Positions 50,701 through 63,320 of a stretch of 64,000 nucleotides of DNA are shown here, piece by piece; positions within the stretch are counted from its first letter, which is position 1; each line of letters begins with the position of its first letter. The notes under the pieces are model-generated. The model searched no databases and had not been told where the DNA came from. It was given only the letters and a program-made list of their open reading frames with translations. The translations under genes were made by a program, and so were the position numbers. Where the stretch lies: assembly GCF_009914755.1 (NCBI RefSeq), contig NC_060932.1; one strand, 5' to 3'. The stretch comes from the human T2T-CHM13v2.0 reference genome, Homo sapiens.

Positions 50701-51016
50701 ATAGAATAATTCACATATTTCACGTATTCCATTTAGGGAATTCATTTTGGAAAGCAGGCAGTTTTGTTTGTTGTTTATTATAACTGAGCAACTATTATCT
50801 TTGCTGGGAATTACTTTGAAAGGCAGATTTTGGTTTTTTAGAAATTCTTAACAAGTTTCGTTTGAAATTGCTCAGAATATGTTGGGGAAAAGAAAAATTT
50901 TTACATACTCCATAATTTTAAACAATTACCTTTTTCAAAATCAGTTTGATGCATCATAACCAAATAGCAGAAGGGCACTAAAGATCAACTGAGCTGCTTT
51001 TTGACTAACGTTTCAG

Positions 51017-51196
51017 GGATTGTGAAGCAGCAGATAGACAGCCATATCACAGATCCAGATCAACAGAACAACGGCCTCTCCTTGAGCGGACCACCACCCG
51101 CTCCAGATCCACTGAACGTCCTGATACAAACCTCATGAGGTCGATGCCTTCATTAATGACTGGAAGATCTGCCCCTCCTTCACCTGCCTTATCGAG
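51017..51196 (+). CDS. RIMS2: RIMS2 coding exon (180 nt, phase 2->2, frame-preserving cassette)
   Basis: gactaacgtttcag|GGAT...TCGAG|gtgaaa; (R)DCEAADRQPYHRSRSTEQRPLLERTTTRSRSTERPDTNLMRSMPSLMTGRSAPPSPALS. Confidence 0.95.
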
Positions 51197-52080
51197 GTGA
51201 AAGATAAATCAATCAGACTAATTTCCCCTTTGCCCCACCAGCACACCATTTTATTTTCCCAACAGTTAACTGGTCTCTTCCATCATCTTTGGCTGATCAC
51301 TAGTAACAATCGATACTAACCTTTTCAATGTAAACACACTATTTATATTCACTGGATATAATAGTGTGTGGCTACCATTGTAATTTGTTTATTAACTGTC
51401 CTGACTGCATTTGTTTTGTGATTTCTCATTAATCAGGAGTCCTGGGTAAATTCTGTCATTAACTGTCATGTTCCTCTCCTACAGAATGAGAAACTATCTG
51501 TGTCCATTACACATCACTTTTCAAATCATCATAATGATTATAAATAAAACTAGATTTTTTAAGTTTCTTTCTATCGATACTAATATTATGTATTAACCAG
51601 TATTTTCCTTAGTTGAATCTTGAATTGTTCAGGATTTTATTTGTAGTTTCATGCAATGTTTTCTAATAAAGGGATATTTAATATAAGCCTGAGTAAAAAT
51701 CTCTGGATCAAGGGAGAAAGGTTAGTGCTGAAAGTTTGAAATCTGGTAGAAAGAAAAGTACTACCTTTTCTTTCTTGAGCAGCGAAATTCTCCTCTTGCT
51801 TTCAATGGATAGAGTACTAATTTACATTAATAATTCCATGGATGTTACTGTAGGGTTTTGTGTGCATGTATGTGTATGTATGCATATTACACCAAAAATA
51901 AACATCTTTTGCTATTTAATCATTCAGATATCCATATTTTGTCCAGTTTTCCTAACCTTTTAATCTGCAGCTAAACTTCTTTTTAAATTGTATTTATACA
52001 GCTATCATATGAACCAAATGTAGGTATTAAAAATATGTAACTCATTATACTGAAAATGAATATTAATGGTGTGTCTTTAG

Positions 52081-52190
52081 GTCTCATCCTCGTACTGGGT
52101 CTGTCCAGACAAGCCCATCAAGTACTCCAGTCGCAGGACGAAGGGGCCGACAGCTTCCACAGCTTCCACCAAAGGGAACGTTGGATAGAA
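52081..52190 (+). CDS. RIMS2: RIMS2 coding exon (110 nt, phase 2->1) encoding the PxxP RIM-BP SH3-binding motif
   Basis: gtgtctttag|GTCT...AGAA|gtaagt; (R)SHPRTGSVQTSPSSTPVAGRRGRQLPQLPPKGTLDR; RQLPQLP is the hallmark RIM motif. Confidence 0.96.
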
Positions 52191-52581
52191 GTAAGTTTTA
52201 TTTCTAATTGTCTCGTTTAGGAAATACACATGGAAGCTAAGGTGAATCAAGATTTTCTTATTACCTTTGTGTTAATTTTCTTCTTTTGTTAATTGTATGC
52301 CTTGTCTGTATTTGATAATAGTTATATTTATAAATATTATGTATTTTTGAATAAAAATTTGTAATATTTCCAGGTAAAATAAGGTATCTTTATTGCTCTT
52401 GCACATTTTTAAATTTGAATAAATGCATCTTAAAAAGTAAACAATACTCTTAAATAAGTTGTTGGATAATATTTCTTTGCTACAAATAAGTTTATGTAAT
52501 TGTTGATAGTTATATAAAGTTTATTAGTAACTAGCCAAATCAATTTTCACACACTGCAAAGGACTGGTTAGCTGATGCACA

Positions 52582-52618
52582 ATGGTGATCCTTCTCAAAA
52601 CTGGAGAACAAGAAAAAG
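52582..52618 (+). CDS. Candidate first coding segment of the microexon chain (MVILLKTGEQEK)
   Basis: acaATGg (A at -3, G at +4); in-frame TGA at 52573-52575 just upstream; donor AAG|gtaatc in phase 1; possible acceptor ctgcaaag|52562. Confidence 0.3.
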
Positions 52619-52998
52619 GTAATCATGAATATACAATGAAAGATGCATGTTGTACTGATGTTTTATTAATTTTACATTTTTGCATAAGAAGCACTATTTG
52701 CTGACACTCACATGAACATACTTCCCAAACATCTATAAATTCTTGGATAAAGGACCTCTAAAAGCATGGATAACTGAATATAATGGTTTTTAAGATCATT
52801 TTTTAAATGATCCCTTTATTTAGTAACTGGATGTGCTTTGCAAATAATACATATAAGTTTAAATCATTTAACTTTTCTCTAGTAGATAATACATTCTGTG
52901 CTTTTGGAAATTTCTGTTGTTTTTAACCCCTGTGCTTTGGTTCCCTTTTTGTTTGTTTGTTTTTGTTCTGTTTTTTGTTTTTATTTTGTTTTCCCTAG

Positions 52999-53031
52999 AC
53001 AATGGAGTCAAGGAGATAGAACCTTATGAAG
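52999..53031 (+). CDS. Candidate microexon, 33 nt, phase 1->1 (N/D-NGVKEIEPYE)
   Basis: About 60-nt U-rich tract, then ttccctag|ACAATG...GAAG|gtctgt; purine-rich body; in frame with the 110-nt RIMS2 exon. Confidence 0.65.
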
Positions 53032-53322
53032 GTCTGTACATAAAAGAGGGTTTGTTTTGTGCTAACAGCCTTTTTGGGGGGCTAGTAAGCAAAAATAAAC
53101 CCAACTGCAATTGATGTCCTTTCGTTGTGTAGACTTAAATACAGTAAAATTATTTTGTTTTATGATATCTGACAAAGTATTCAACTTTTTTTTAACTTGG
53201 AAATTATACCAAGGAGTTAAATATCTTTGATTCATCAAATAAGAATGCAAAGAGTTTAACTTCTTTTAAATGACCAGATAAAATGTGCTCTTTCATAAAA
53301 TTTTTATGTACCTTTTAACCAG

Positions 53323-53336
53323 AAACTAGATTTCGA
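53323..53336 (+). CDS. Candidate microexon, 14 nt, phase 1->0 (ETRFR)
   Basis: ccttttaaccag|AAACTAGATTTCGA|gtaaga; frame is restored by the 40-nt exon. Confidence 0.5.
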
Positions 53337-54053
53337 GTAAGACTTTAACCAAAGATATCAATTGCAGTCTACGTTTACATCATTGAGGATGTACACATAG
53401 TGTAGTTATATTTACCATCATATATTTCATTTTTTATGATGATGTTTTTAATTATTAAATTTGGCTTTCTAGAAAAGAAAGTTGTTGAATTAGAAAGTGA
53501 TTGTGGCTTGCGTTTCCAACATCATTTTTCATGTTGTAGCAAGACTGCTTACAGTATATCAGAGTTAAATATGATATAGTTTTATTATCAAACACTACAT
53601 TATGACTCAGAAGAAAATACTGAATGGTGATATATGGAGTGTCATACATTTGCTAGATCAATACAAAATCCTCTACCAGTTATGGAAATCTGAAATTAAC
53701 TTTGTATCTTTAAAAACTTGTTGACTGTTTACTTATGAATCTCTAGCACATAGAATAATGCCTGGCACATTGTAGACCCTCAATAAATCTTTGTTGAATG
53801 AATTCATGAAATATTTATTTAAAAAGGGAAAAGCTACCTCAAATAGTATACAAAGTACCACTAAAATAATCTCGTCATTATATATATGTTTATATTAAAT
53901 TCGTATTTCTGTAACCTATTTGTAACAAATTTGTAAGCGTGCTGCATTCGAGCAGCAATATTTTATACCCTTATATAACTTGTTGATATAAGTTGTGTTC
54001 TTGTTAACTGGATGATGGTCAACTTCTGTTTTGTCGTTCTTTCTATTTCCAAG

Positions 54054-54093
54054 TACCATAATTTTGAACAATCCAGTGATATTGTGACTGATG
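54054..54093 (+). CDS. Candidate microexon, 40 nt, phase 0->1 (YHNFEQSSDIVTD)
   Basis: ttgtcgttctttctatttccaag|TAC...GATG|gtctgt; 14+40=54 nt keeps frame. Confidence 0.5.
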
Positions 54094-54748
54094 GTCTGTT
54101 ATGCTGCCTGAGAAAAAGACTTCACAGCATTTTTATAGTTCTTAATTATTTGCTTAAAATTGGGGGCATAGAATTTTAAATCACTTTTCCTAAGGAAAGT
54201 TTAGTAATATTTATGGAACTTTTTGTCTCTTCAGTGTTTTTAAAGATGGAGTTTCAACATCATTTATTGGCATTTAAAGTCAGAAACTATAATTTATGCA
54301 CATTTTTAAAATTGAATTTTTAATGTTGTTCATAGCAATAGTCTATTGAAATATAAGTAGCTCTATTCTTTGTAATAGCAAGTATCCTAGAAAACAGAGC
54401 CTATTGGTAATACTGAAATTCAGAGATGGTGAAGTTTCTGATGGGCTTCTCAATAAAGATTATCTTTACTATTGTTTTTGTCCCTATAAAATTAATTAAA
54501 ACCACAGTTTTCCTTTAAAGTCCCCAATTGTGATTTTTCCATTTTTTTTATTTCATAAAACAAAGAGGAGCCAAAACCTCCCTTATCCTTTTTAGTATGA
54601 AATAAAAGGGGTTTTGTTTTTTAGTTTTGTTTTATATAAAAGTATGGATGATTTTTTAAAGTGTTTTTATAAATGTTGATATGGAGACTTCAGTAGATTA
54701 TGCAATTTTTTTTTTAGTTTTAAAGAAGATATATAATATCTCTTTTAG

Positions 54749-54773
54749 AAATCGCAACTTCAGTTAATCTTCA
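54749..54773 (+). CDS. Candidate microexon, 25 nt, phase 1->2 (EIATSVNLH)
   Basis: atctcttttag|AAATCG...CTTCA|gtaagt (perfect intronic donor); frame is restored by the 74-nt exon. Confidence 0.5.
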
Positions 54774-55358
54774 GTAAGTAACACAAAATAGACTATCAGT
54801 TGATGGTCTAAATCAAATTATGTTTGGATTATCACCTAAAAAGTTAATTATGAGAAGTTGTAATTTAATGGCATTATTTTAGAATTAAAGTATTGAAATA
54901 TTTATTTTCAAATCCTTTTCAACAGCCAAAATATGAGCAAGTCATAATTTAACTCTTTATGATTTTGATTATTTTATATTTTAGTCTGTTATATATTTAG
55001 CCATTTATCTTTGTTTAGAACCAGAGAAGTAAAATAAGAATAATATAGAAAGCACAATGTACTAAAAACTATAAGGCATTATTATTATTTTTCCCTAACT
55101 TTTATGTACTGCCATTTTGTAAAATGTCATTTTCTCTTTTTCTAGAAGAAAAGTTATATAACTTTTTTTAGTAATAGACCAAGTTTATATATAAAGTATT
55201 TTGCCTACTTTACCCAGTTATCCACATATTACAAATATTTTAAAAGTCACAATTTCTCTTTTACAAATCAAAGTCATCATAAAAGCAATGTGATAATTAA
55301 CCAGTAAATTTATTTACTTTTCTATAGCATGTCAGAAACGTATCAAAAATAACCTATT

Positions 55359-55652
<294 letters not shown>

Positions 55653-55777
55653 ATAAGTATCTATTGGAGTCTTTATCATTCTGAATAATTTAGAATTTGT
55701 TATTTGTTTAGTTTCATTGAAGAGTAACAGATATACCTATTTGGTCTTATATTTTTCTTTACTTTTGCTTCTGCAAG

Positions 55778-55851
55778 TACAGAAGTTAATGAAGAAACTG
55801 AGCATGTGGAAGAGCAGGGGGAAGAAAAGCAGGGAGAAGAGGTCAAGGCAG
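55778..55851 (+). CDS. Candidate exon, 74 nt, phase 2->1 (TEVNEETEHVEEQGEEKQGEEVKA); alternative acceptor at 55783 gives 69 nt, phase 1->1
   Basis: tttttctttacttttgcttctgcaag|TAC...GCAG|gtctgt; GAA-rich body that stands out from the AT-rich flanks; 25+74=99 nt. Confidence 0.6.
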
Positions 55852-56566
55852 GTCTGTCTGACTGTGTATCTAAAATAAATAAGTGATTGTTTTCAAATAT
55901 GACTTTACAATTTTACATAAGACTTTAGGCTCCAAATTTATAAATGCACAATGAAGAATAGATTGTTTTTCACAACTAACTTTAAGATAAATTACCTCAT
56001 TTTATTAATGAATGGGTATTACTTAAGCTATCTAGGCAATTTGTCAGAATATTTAATTTACCCAACTGGCTAAATATTTTCCCTGATGTTTAAATCAAAC
56101 TAGAATTATAGGTAGTGCCCCTGACCAAGACATACACCTACCCTTTACCCAGCTTTACATTCAGTTCATTTGTTTATTCAAAAATATTTAATGAGTACCT
56201 ACTAGAAAACTATATTTTATCATGTGTTATGGTGAGTACAGTTTTGTTGAAGCTTTAGCCCATTCTCCTATGGATTTTGAATCTAGTAGAAGCAAATTAT
56301 AAAGAAATATAGAACGGAATATAAATTCCATTAAAACATTTATAGACCATGATCATTTTTTCCATTATATTTTTTTCCTAAAATAAAGCAATTACAGGCT
56401 TCTCTTCTTCATCCCAGTTCAATATTACTCTAACATTTATTGTCAATCATAATTTCTCCCCATCTTTCTAAATGAAATGCATACCTTTTATTTTTGTTGT
56501 TTTTAAAGTCCCTATTATGTTTATATACCATAATGTTTAATGTTCTTGAAAGGATTTTAAAACTTA

Positions 56567-56794
<228 letters not shown>

Positions 56795-57163
56795 TCAGTA
56801 AATCAGTATATTTTTATATACTTCTTTTATCAAATTTTCACTATTTTTATTTGAAACTCAGAATTGAATACTAATCTTACCAATTATCAAGTTTAATTGT
56901 AACTTTCTTTGAATAATACAGAATACCTTTAATTTTGTCAAGTGTTTAACTGACCACTTTTTATTTATGAATAATAGAGTGTACTTTTTGTGCCTTTTTT
57001 TCCTCTGGTTTTCATGGTGTGAAAGCAATGCCATTACATATATTGTACATAAGATATATTTTCATGGAAGCATTCTCTCAATGGAGTTTTTAGTTTTACA
57101 ACTGAAAACATCTCTTAAGCTACTAGAATTACTCATTATCAGTAACTTTTTAATGTCATAAAG

Positions 57164-57199
57164 GCGACAAATATCATCAGTCATCTGTAATGGAAACAG
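57164..57199 (+). CDS. Candidate microexon, 36 nt, phase 1->1, GC donor (GDKYHQSSVMET)
   Basis: gtcataaag|GCGAC...AACAG|gcaagt; matches the GC-AG donor consensus AG|GCAAGT; no stop. Confidence 0.45.
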
Positions 57200-57536
57200 G
57201 CAAGTTTAATTGCATATTTCTAGACATGTAGAATTGCTTTGGTTCTGAATATCTACTATCTAACTTTTAGAATGTCACCCTTCTTCCATTTTCCTGCAAT
57301 AATTTAGGAATTGCATTTTTATGGAATACTATAAGAATGAATTTCATTTTAGCTTAGCTGTTAAGTTAATGTTTTCCCATTAGCTCATTCCTCTGTATCT
57401 CATATAGTCCATACAAACACTGCAGCCTTTCACACTGTTAATTGTCTTCCACATTAAAGTCATTTTTTAAGGTAGCATTAGTTTGGGGACTTCAGCAATA
57501 GTTAATATCACTTTTATTTATTTTAAATTCATTAAG

Positions 57537-57596
57537 ATAAAGAAGCCCATGTGCTAAACCAGTTTGTTGCTGCTGTTTTATTGTCAAAAGTAATTA
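57537..57596 (+). CDS. Candidate exon, 60 nt, phase 1->1 (DKEAHVLNQFVAAVLLSKVI)
   Basis: cttttatttattttaaattcattaag|ATAAAG...AATTA|gtaagt; no stop in the chain frame. Confidence 0.35.
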
Positions 57597-57863
57597 GTAA
57601 GTTGCATCAGTTTTTAAATTAACATAAAAGCATAACCATATACTATAAAAATGATTTTTCATTTATTTGGTTTTTTTTACTTTTCCTATGAGATAGGAAG
57701 TATATACTTTTCTCTTGTGTTCATTAATACAGAGTGTCATGTTTAGTGCATGGATTTGTTTCCCTATTGTGTGATTTCATCTTTTTTGATGTGCTTGGTT
57801 TTTATTTTGGTTATTAATGATCTTAATCATTAATCACTATTGTCTATTTTCAATATTATAAAG

Positions 57864-57908
57864 ACAATGAGGGAGAAACATCAACACCACCTACTAATGG
57901 GAAAAAAG
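57864..57908 (+). CDS. Candidate microexon, 45 nt, phase 1->1, GC donor (D/N-NEGETSTPPTNGKK)
   Basis: attataaag|ACAATG...AAAAAAG|gcaagt; U-rich upstream region with TGCATG at 57747-57752. Confidence 0.5.
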
Positions 57909-58749
57909 GCAAGTCTTAAAATGAAGTTTATGGTGTCTTTCTAGATATTAGACACTCCATACTGACATTTGTAATATATTTGAATATGCTTTTTAAAATA
58001 AGCATAAGTATTAGTCTCAATTTAAGTTATCCAGTATTTAAAATGTCTATTCTTTTTTATTTCTGAATATGAAATTAGTCTTCAAAATACTTACCTTTAA
58101 TGATTCTGATACAATTCTATTTTATTGAATGTAATGGCATTAAAATTGGAAGATTTACTTTGTTGATCATGTTAAGGGAAAGGATTCTGAGGAAGATACT
58201 AGTGGTCATGTTATACATTTACAAAATCACAGCATGGATATTTTTCAATCCAGAAATTGTTTTAAAATTGAATTATTTTAAAAACATTTTAAAGTAGAAG
58301 TTTAAAGTAGAAAATGAGACAAATTTAATCATAAGTTAAACAATAATATAAAAGGAAGATTTATAACATTTGTAGATTTTTCATAGTTCTATACACATGA
58401 ATTAATATTGCCTGGAAAGTAAAAAGATGATTGATTTTAATACTTAGATTTGATTTTCCTATAATTATTGCTGACATAATTCTGTAATCTACCACAACCA
58501 AATTCTATCAAAATGGTAGGACTGTGTATGTTTTGCAGTAATTGATAATCAAATATGTCTACATATATTGATTTAGAATATTAGCATTTTAAAATGATTT
58601 TATCAAAAAAGTAACATCCCGTTCTATATCATAAAATTTGGCCCATTACTGGACCAAATTAAGAAATAAGTAGTTTTATGCTTCATTAATTTCATTGAAA
58701 TGGTTTTTAGTCTTGAATGTATTCTTCCCTGTCTTCATCTTTTATAAAG

Positions 58750-58772
58750 AATGTCTACAGTGTTATTTGTAA
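58750..58772 (+). CDS. Candidate terminal coding segment (ECLQCYL*)
   Basis: ttcttccctgtcttcatctttttataaag|AATGT...TAA in phase 1; AATAAA at 58870-58875 and 58912-58917. Confidence 0.3.
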
Positions 58773-59308
58773 AACCTAATTAACACTAAAATACAGTTTT
58801 TCTTACTGCGAAGTATTAATTATTCTTTAATGCACATTCTAGAATATGATTTAAAAGATAATGTAACAAAATAAAGTTAAATCATGTAAATATGAATAGT
58901 ATTCATAAGACAATAAACATTTAAATGACTTCTCAACATCTCAACATGTTTTTACATATTTGTCATTTTTACCTATTTCACGAGCTCCATGATTTTTGAT
59001 TAGTAATTATGAAAGGAAATGTTGATATGTACTTAAATATATGTCGGCAATCTGAAATAATAAATATATCTTCCTAAATATTCAACAAGTTTTGAGAACA
59101 TTTAATGCCATTTTGTATTTAGGTGCATTTAAATGTGTCAAGATCGTATCTTTTCACATGAACTCACTAGGCTAAATATTTTAACTAACTGAGGAAGTAT
59201 TATCATAAGGTTTTTTTGTCTTCTTGACTTCTAGTTGGCCCTGAATACTTTCACATCTTTTACCTTCAGACTGTTGTGCTTTCTTCTTATTTCCTATGAT
59301 CTTGCATG

Positions 59309-60302
59309 TGCAATTACCATGACAGATTCTTCCTGCCTCCCGCACAGACAAAACCAGTTCATTAAGACAGTGGTACTGCAGGCAGAATAACGAGTTAGAG
59401 TCACTCAAACCAGTCTCCCTGAAGGCTAAGAGATTAAGGCTTTTCAAAGATAGTTTGGTGGGCATGGAGTAGGGAATGGGGAATGTTGATTGGTCGGGGA
59501 TGAAATTGTAAGGCTGTGGAAAATGGTTCTTATGTGCTGAGTTAATCTCTGGGTGGGGGCCACAGGATGTGGATTCAGTCATCAGTCGCAGGTCTGGATG
59601 GAATCAGTCAATCCTCCAAAATGCAAAAGTCTGAAAAATATCTCAAAAGACCATATTAGGTTTACAATAGTGATGTTATCTACAGAAGTAACTGGAGAAG
59701 TTAAACTCTTGTGACATCTGGAACAATGGCTGGTTATTATTTAAGCCTACATTTTAGCAGAAGTCAGGCCCGTCTCATAATCCTAACTTTATGGCCTTTG
59801 ATTGGTTTTACAAAGGCAGTTTTGTTTTGGGGAAGGGCTGTTTTTATCCTTGCTTTGAAGTTAAACTATAAATTAAATTCCTCCCACACACAGGAATGAT
59901 TAAAGACAGCTTGGAGATTAGAAGCAAGATGGGGTCAACTGTGTCAGATTTCTCTCTTTTTTTGTTTTTTTTTAAGACAGGGTCTTGCTCTCTCGCCCAG
60001 GCTGGAGTGCAGTGGCGCACAGTCTCAGCTCACTGCAACCTCCCCCTCCCGGCTCAAGGGATTCTCCTGCCTCAGCCTTCTGAGTAGCTGGGATTACAGG
60101 TGCCTGCCACCACACCCAGCTAAGTTTTCTATTTCTAGTAAAGACGGGTTTCACTACCTTGGCCAGGCTGGTCTCAAACTCCTGACCTCAGGTGATCCTC
60201 CCGCCTCGTCTCGGCCTCCCAAAGTGCTGGGATTACAGGTGTGAGCCACCACTCCCAGCCTCAGATTTCTCTTAATGTCTTGATTTTGCACAGGCAGTTT
60301 CA
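59309..60302 (-). mobile_element. LTR8A-like ERV1 solo LTR with a nested Alu (59956-60260, -)
   Basis: Reverse strand begins tgaaactgcc.gtgcaaaat..ccatcttgcttctaa.ctccaagctgtc; 4-bp TSD catg; Alu TSD tcagatttctct. Confidence 0.8.
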
Positions 60303-60719
60303 CATGTAAAGTTTTCTAGTGACAATGATTATTGGAACCTCAGTTATAAATTTGTTTTTATACACACACTTATAAATTTGTTTTTATCATTTATATGAAA
60401 TCCTCTCCACTGCAAAATATTGCTATTGCTATATAAATCAATCCAACATATGATATAGTTGAACCTAGAAATTAATGAATAAATTTGTAAGATGAGAACT
60501 CTGTACATATTTCACATACGCTAACTTGGTTTAACTTGGCTTAATATTTTGATTATTTACCTGTAATTAAGATTTGGTTATTCAGTTTGTCCTTTTGCTA
60601 TCTTCTGAGAGAATGGCTTTTTATTTACAGTTTATTTTATGTATCACAATAAAGTTCATGAGTAAGTTTAAGGGAGGACATTGTTTTTTTAATTGGTTAA
60701 AGCATTTCGTGGATATGTT

Positions 60720-61690
60720 AAAGTATATTGTTGTAGCAGGTGCAGTCAGAAGGATAGTTGAGGCTAGAGGGGTGACTCATATATGAACTTACAGATCATA
60801 TTTAGGATTTTGGTTTTTATCACATAAAATGGGAAAGTTTGGATTAAAGTGACACAATACCACTTTTTTTTTTTTTAGTAAGATGATGTCAATTACTACA
60901 TTGAGAATACCCTGAAGAATTAAGATTGCAAACAGGGAACATTGTTAGAAGGTTTTGCACTAACCCAGGAAAGAGATGATAGTGGCTTAGACCAGCATGA
61001 TAGCAGTATAAGTAGCTGGATTCTGAATAGATATTGAAGATAGAGCCAACAAAATTTCCTAACAAGGTAAAAGAGAAAGAAAGATTCAATAATGACATCC
61101 AGGTTTTTAGCCTGAATAGAAAAATAATGGAGTTTCTATTAACTAATACAGGGAAATACTTGAGAATAATAGGTTGAGTGGGAATATCAGGTGCTCAGTT
61201 TTGGATATGATAAGTTAGAGATGCTGTTAGACATCCAAGTGAAGATGCCAAATTAAATATGGTCTACATTTCATATTAGAGGTGTGGACTGTAGCTATAA
61301 ATCTGGGACTCATCCTTATAAAGAGGTATTTACCACCGTAAGACTGGTTATCAAGAGGACAAGTGGACACATGTAGGTAGATAATGAAGAGGTCCAAGAA
61401 GTGTAAACTGGACCACTTTGATATTTTGAAGTTGGGAAGATGAAGCAACCAGAGATGAAAAAAGTGGGAGAAGAGGGACAAGTTAAGAAATTACTTGAAG
61501 GAGAGAATTTATCAAGAATATGAAATGATTATCGGACTTAGCAAGTAGGAAGTCACTATGTTGACCTTTATTAAGAGCAGTTTCAGTGGAGTGATAAGGG
61601 CTAAAGGACTGATTAGAGGGGATTCAAGGAAAGAGAGGAATGGAGACAGCAAGTGCAGACACCTTTGAAAGGCTGTAAAGGGAAGAAAAG
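60720..61690 (-). mobile_element. L2 fragment
   Basis: agagatgatagtggcttagaccag, ctcagttttggatatg, tagacatccaagtgaagatg. Confidence 0.75.
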
Positions 61691-62786
61691 AAAAATATCT
61701 AGAGCCGTGAGGAGAGGTCAAAGAAACAGAATACATGAAGGATATGTGGGAAACTTCTTGTTCACTTGGCTTCTTCTGATCCAGGTCTGCCACTTGGCTG
61801 TGTAATGCCACGTGGCCTCGAACCTTTTGCTTGTAGTTTACCAAGATATCTATCAGTGTTCTGTGACTTAGCTCCTTGATTTAGAATCAAAGACTTTTAG
61901 ATTTGGAAGGGACATTATAAATCTTTTGTTAAAACTATTTTCCCTTATAGATAAAGGAGGAGAATTCTGGAGGATAACTACCTTTCTTCAATCCACATAG
62001 CAGCAGATCTGTAGTCTAGACTGTTAATCTCATGTGTTGATATACCATGCCTCTTCATAGCATTCTATGACACTGTTGTAGATTGTGTTCTCTTTGCATG
62101 GACTTCAACCGGTTTCGTTGTTGTTGTTGTTGTTGTTGTTGTTTTTAGACATTAGCTAAAGATGTAGTTCAACCAATGTCTGCTATTTTAAATGTGTTGT
62201 ATTAGGTAGCCATTGAGGATGCAAAGATGAACAAGATATATTTCTTGCCTTTGGGGAGCTCCCAAGGGAAAAAATAATATAATGATAAGAAATAAAACAT
62301 AGCTGGTAAAATTACTCTATAATGTGTAACTTATATAAAGTGTCTTAAGATTGTGGTACATATTCAGGGTCAATTTTATAAGGAGAAGGTAAGTTTTGAG
62401 AGGTTCTGGGTAGGTTTTCAGTCCTAAATATTTCTCCTATTACCTGTCATAGTATTTCATATTCCGCTATTACCTAATGGCTTATTTTCATAATACAAAG
62501 CTTTTAGCCTTTCTGGAACACTGAAATATAAATATTCCTGAGGGCACTATCCCAAGCTATTGTCACATACAAATCTTCATAGAAAGCAAGTGGGTGGAGA
62601 AAATCAAGTGTAGGAAAAAGGATGCTGAAAGATGTGGTAGAGTGCTAGTTGTCTTGGAAGGGTTATAATGGCAAAATCTGTTCATTCTAAATTTTATTAT
62701 TTGCCGTGTAGATATGCTATAAATCTACTTTTTAAAATAACTTGGTATGTTAAAATTGCTTAGAACAAATAGTTGTCACATAATAG

Positions 62787-63085
62787 GCCAGGTGCAGTGG
62801 CTCACAGCTGTAATCCCAAAGCTTTAGGAGACTTGCTTGAGGAAAGGAGTTTGAGACCAGCCTGGACAACCTAATAAGACCCTGCCTCTACCAAAAACAA
62901 AAAAATTTAAAAATTACGCAGGCATAGTGTTGCACACCTCTAGTCCCAGCTACTTGGGAGCTTGAGGCAGGAAGATCGCTGAGCCCAGGAGTTTGAGGCT
63001 CCAGTGAGCTGTGACTGCACCACCACACTCCAGCCTGGGTGACAGAGGGTGACTCTGTCTGTAAAGCAAATATACAAACAAAAAA
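62787..63085 (+). mobile_element. AluJ, diverged
   Basis: Sense dimer with gagcccaggagtttgaggct..cagtgagct. Confidence 0.88.
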
Positions 63086-63280
63086 GTTTGAAGTTGGGAA
63101 GATGAAGTGAAACGATACTTGTTGCATAATAATTACTATATAAATGTTAGTTATTACTGTAATTTCTTAGTAATGTCTTGCTATAATTTTGTATTTGTGG
63201 CACAAAATCTGAAAATTTTTGTTTTATATTTGAAGTCAAATTAAGTCTGATTATGATCACCCTGAAGCAGTTGTTAAACG

Positions 63281-63283
<3 letters not shown>

Positions 63284-63313
<30 letters not shown>
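63284..63313. repeat. (CA)n microsatellite
   Basis: Direct reading. Confidence 0.95.

Positions 63314-63320
<7 letters not shown>

Noticed and set aside
51485-51597. Acceptor-like ttcctctcctacag in the short intron
   Set aside because: No convincing donor; reads into low-information sequence ending in a stop
55329-55340. 12-nt phase 2-2 segment ttctatag|CATGTCAGAAAC|gtatca that would fit the chain frame
   Set aside because: Donor lacks the +4/+5/+6 consensus; too weak to support without reads
57537-57596. AKAP-like amphipathic helix in DKEAHVLNQFVAAVLLSKVI
   Set aside because: Only a partial match to the RII-binding pattern, and the exon itself is unconfirmed
59181-59582. 133-aa minus-strand ORF
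   Set aside because: Largely inside the LTR8A-like element
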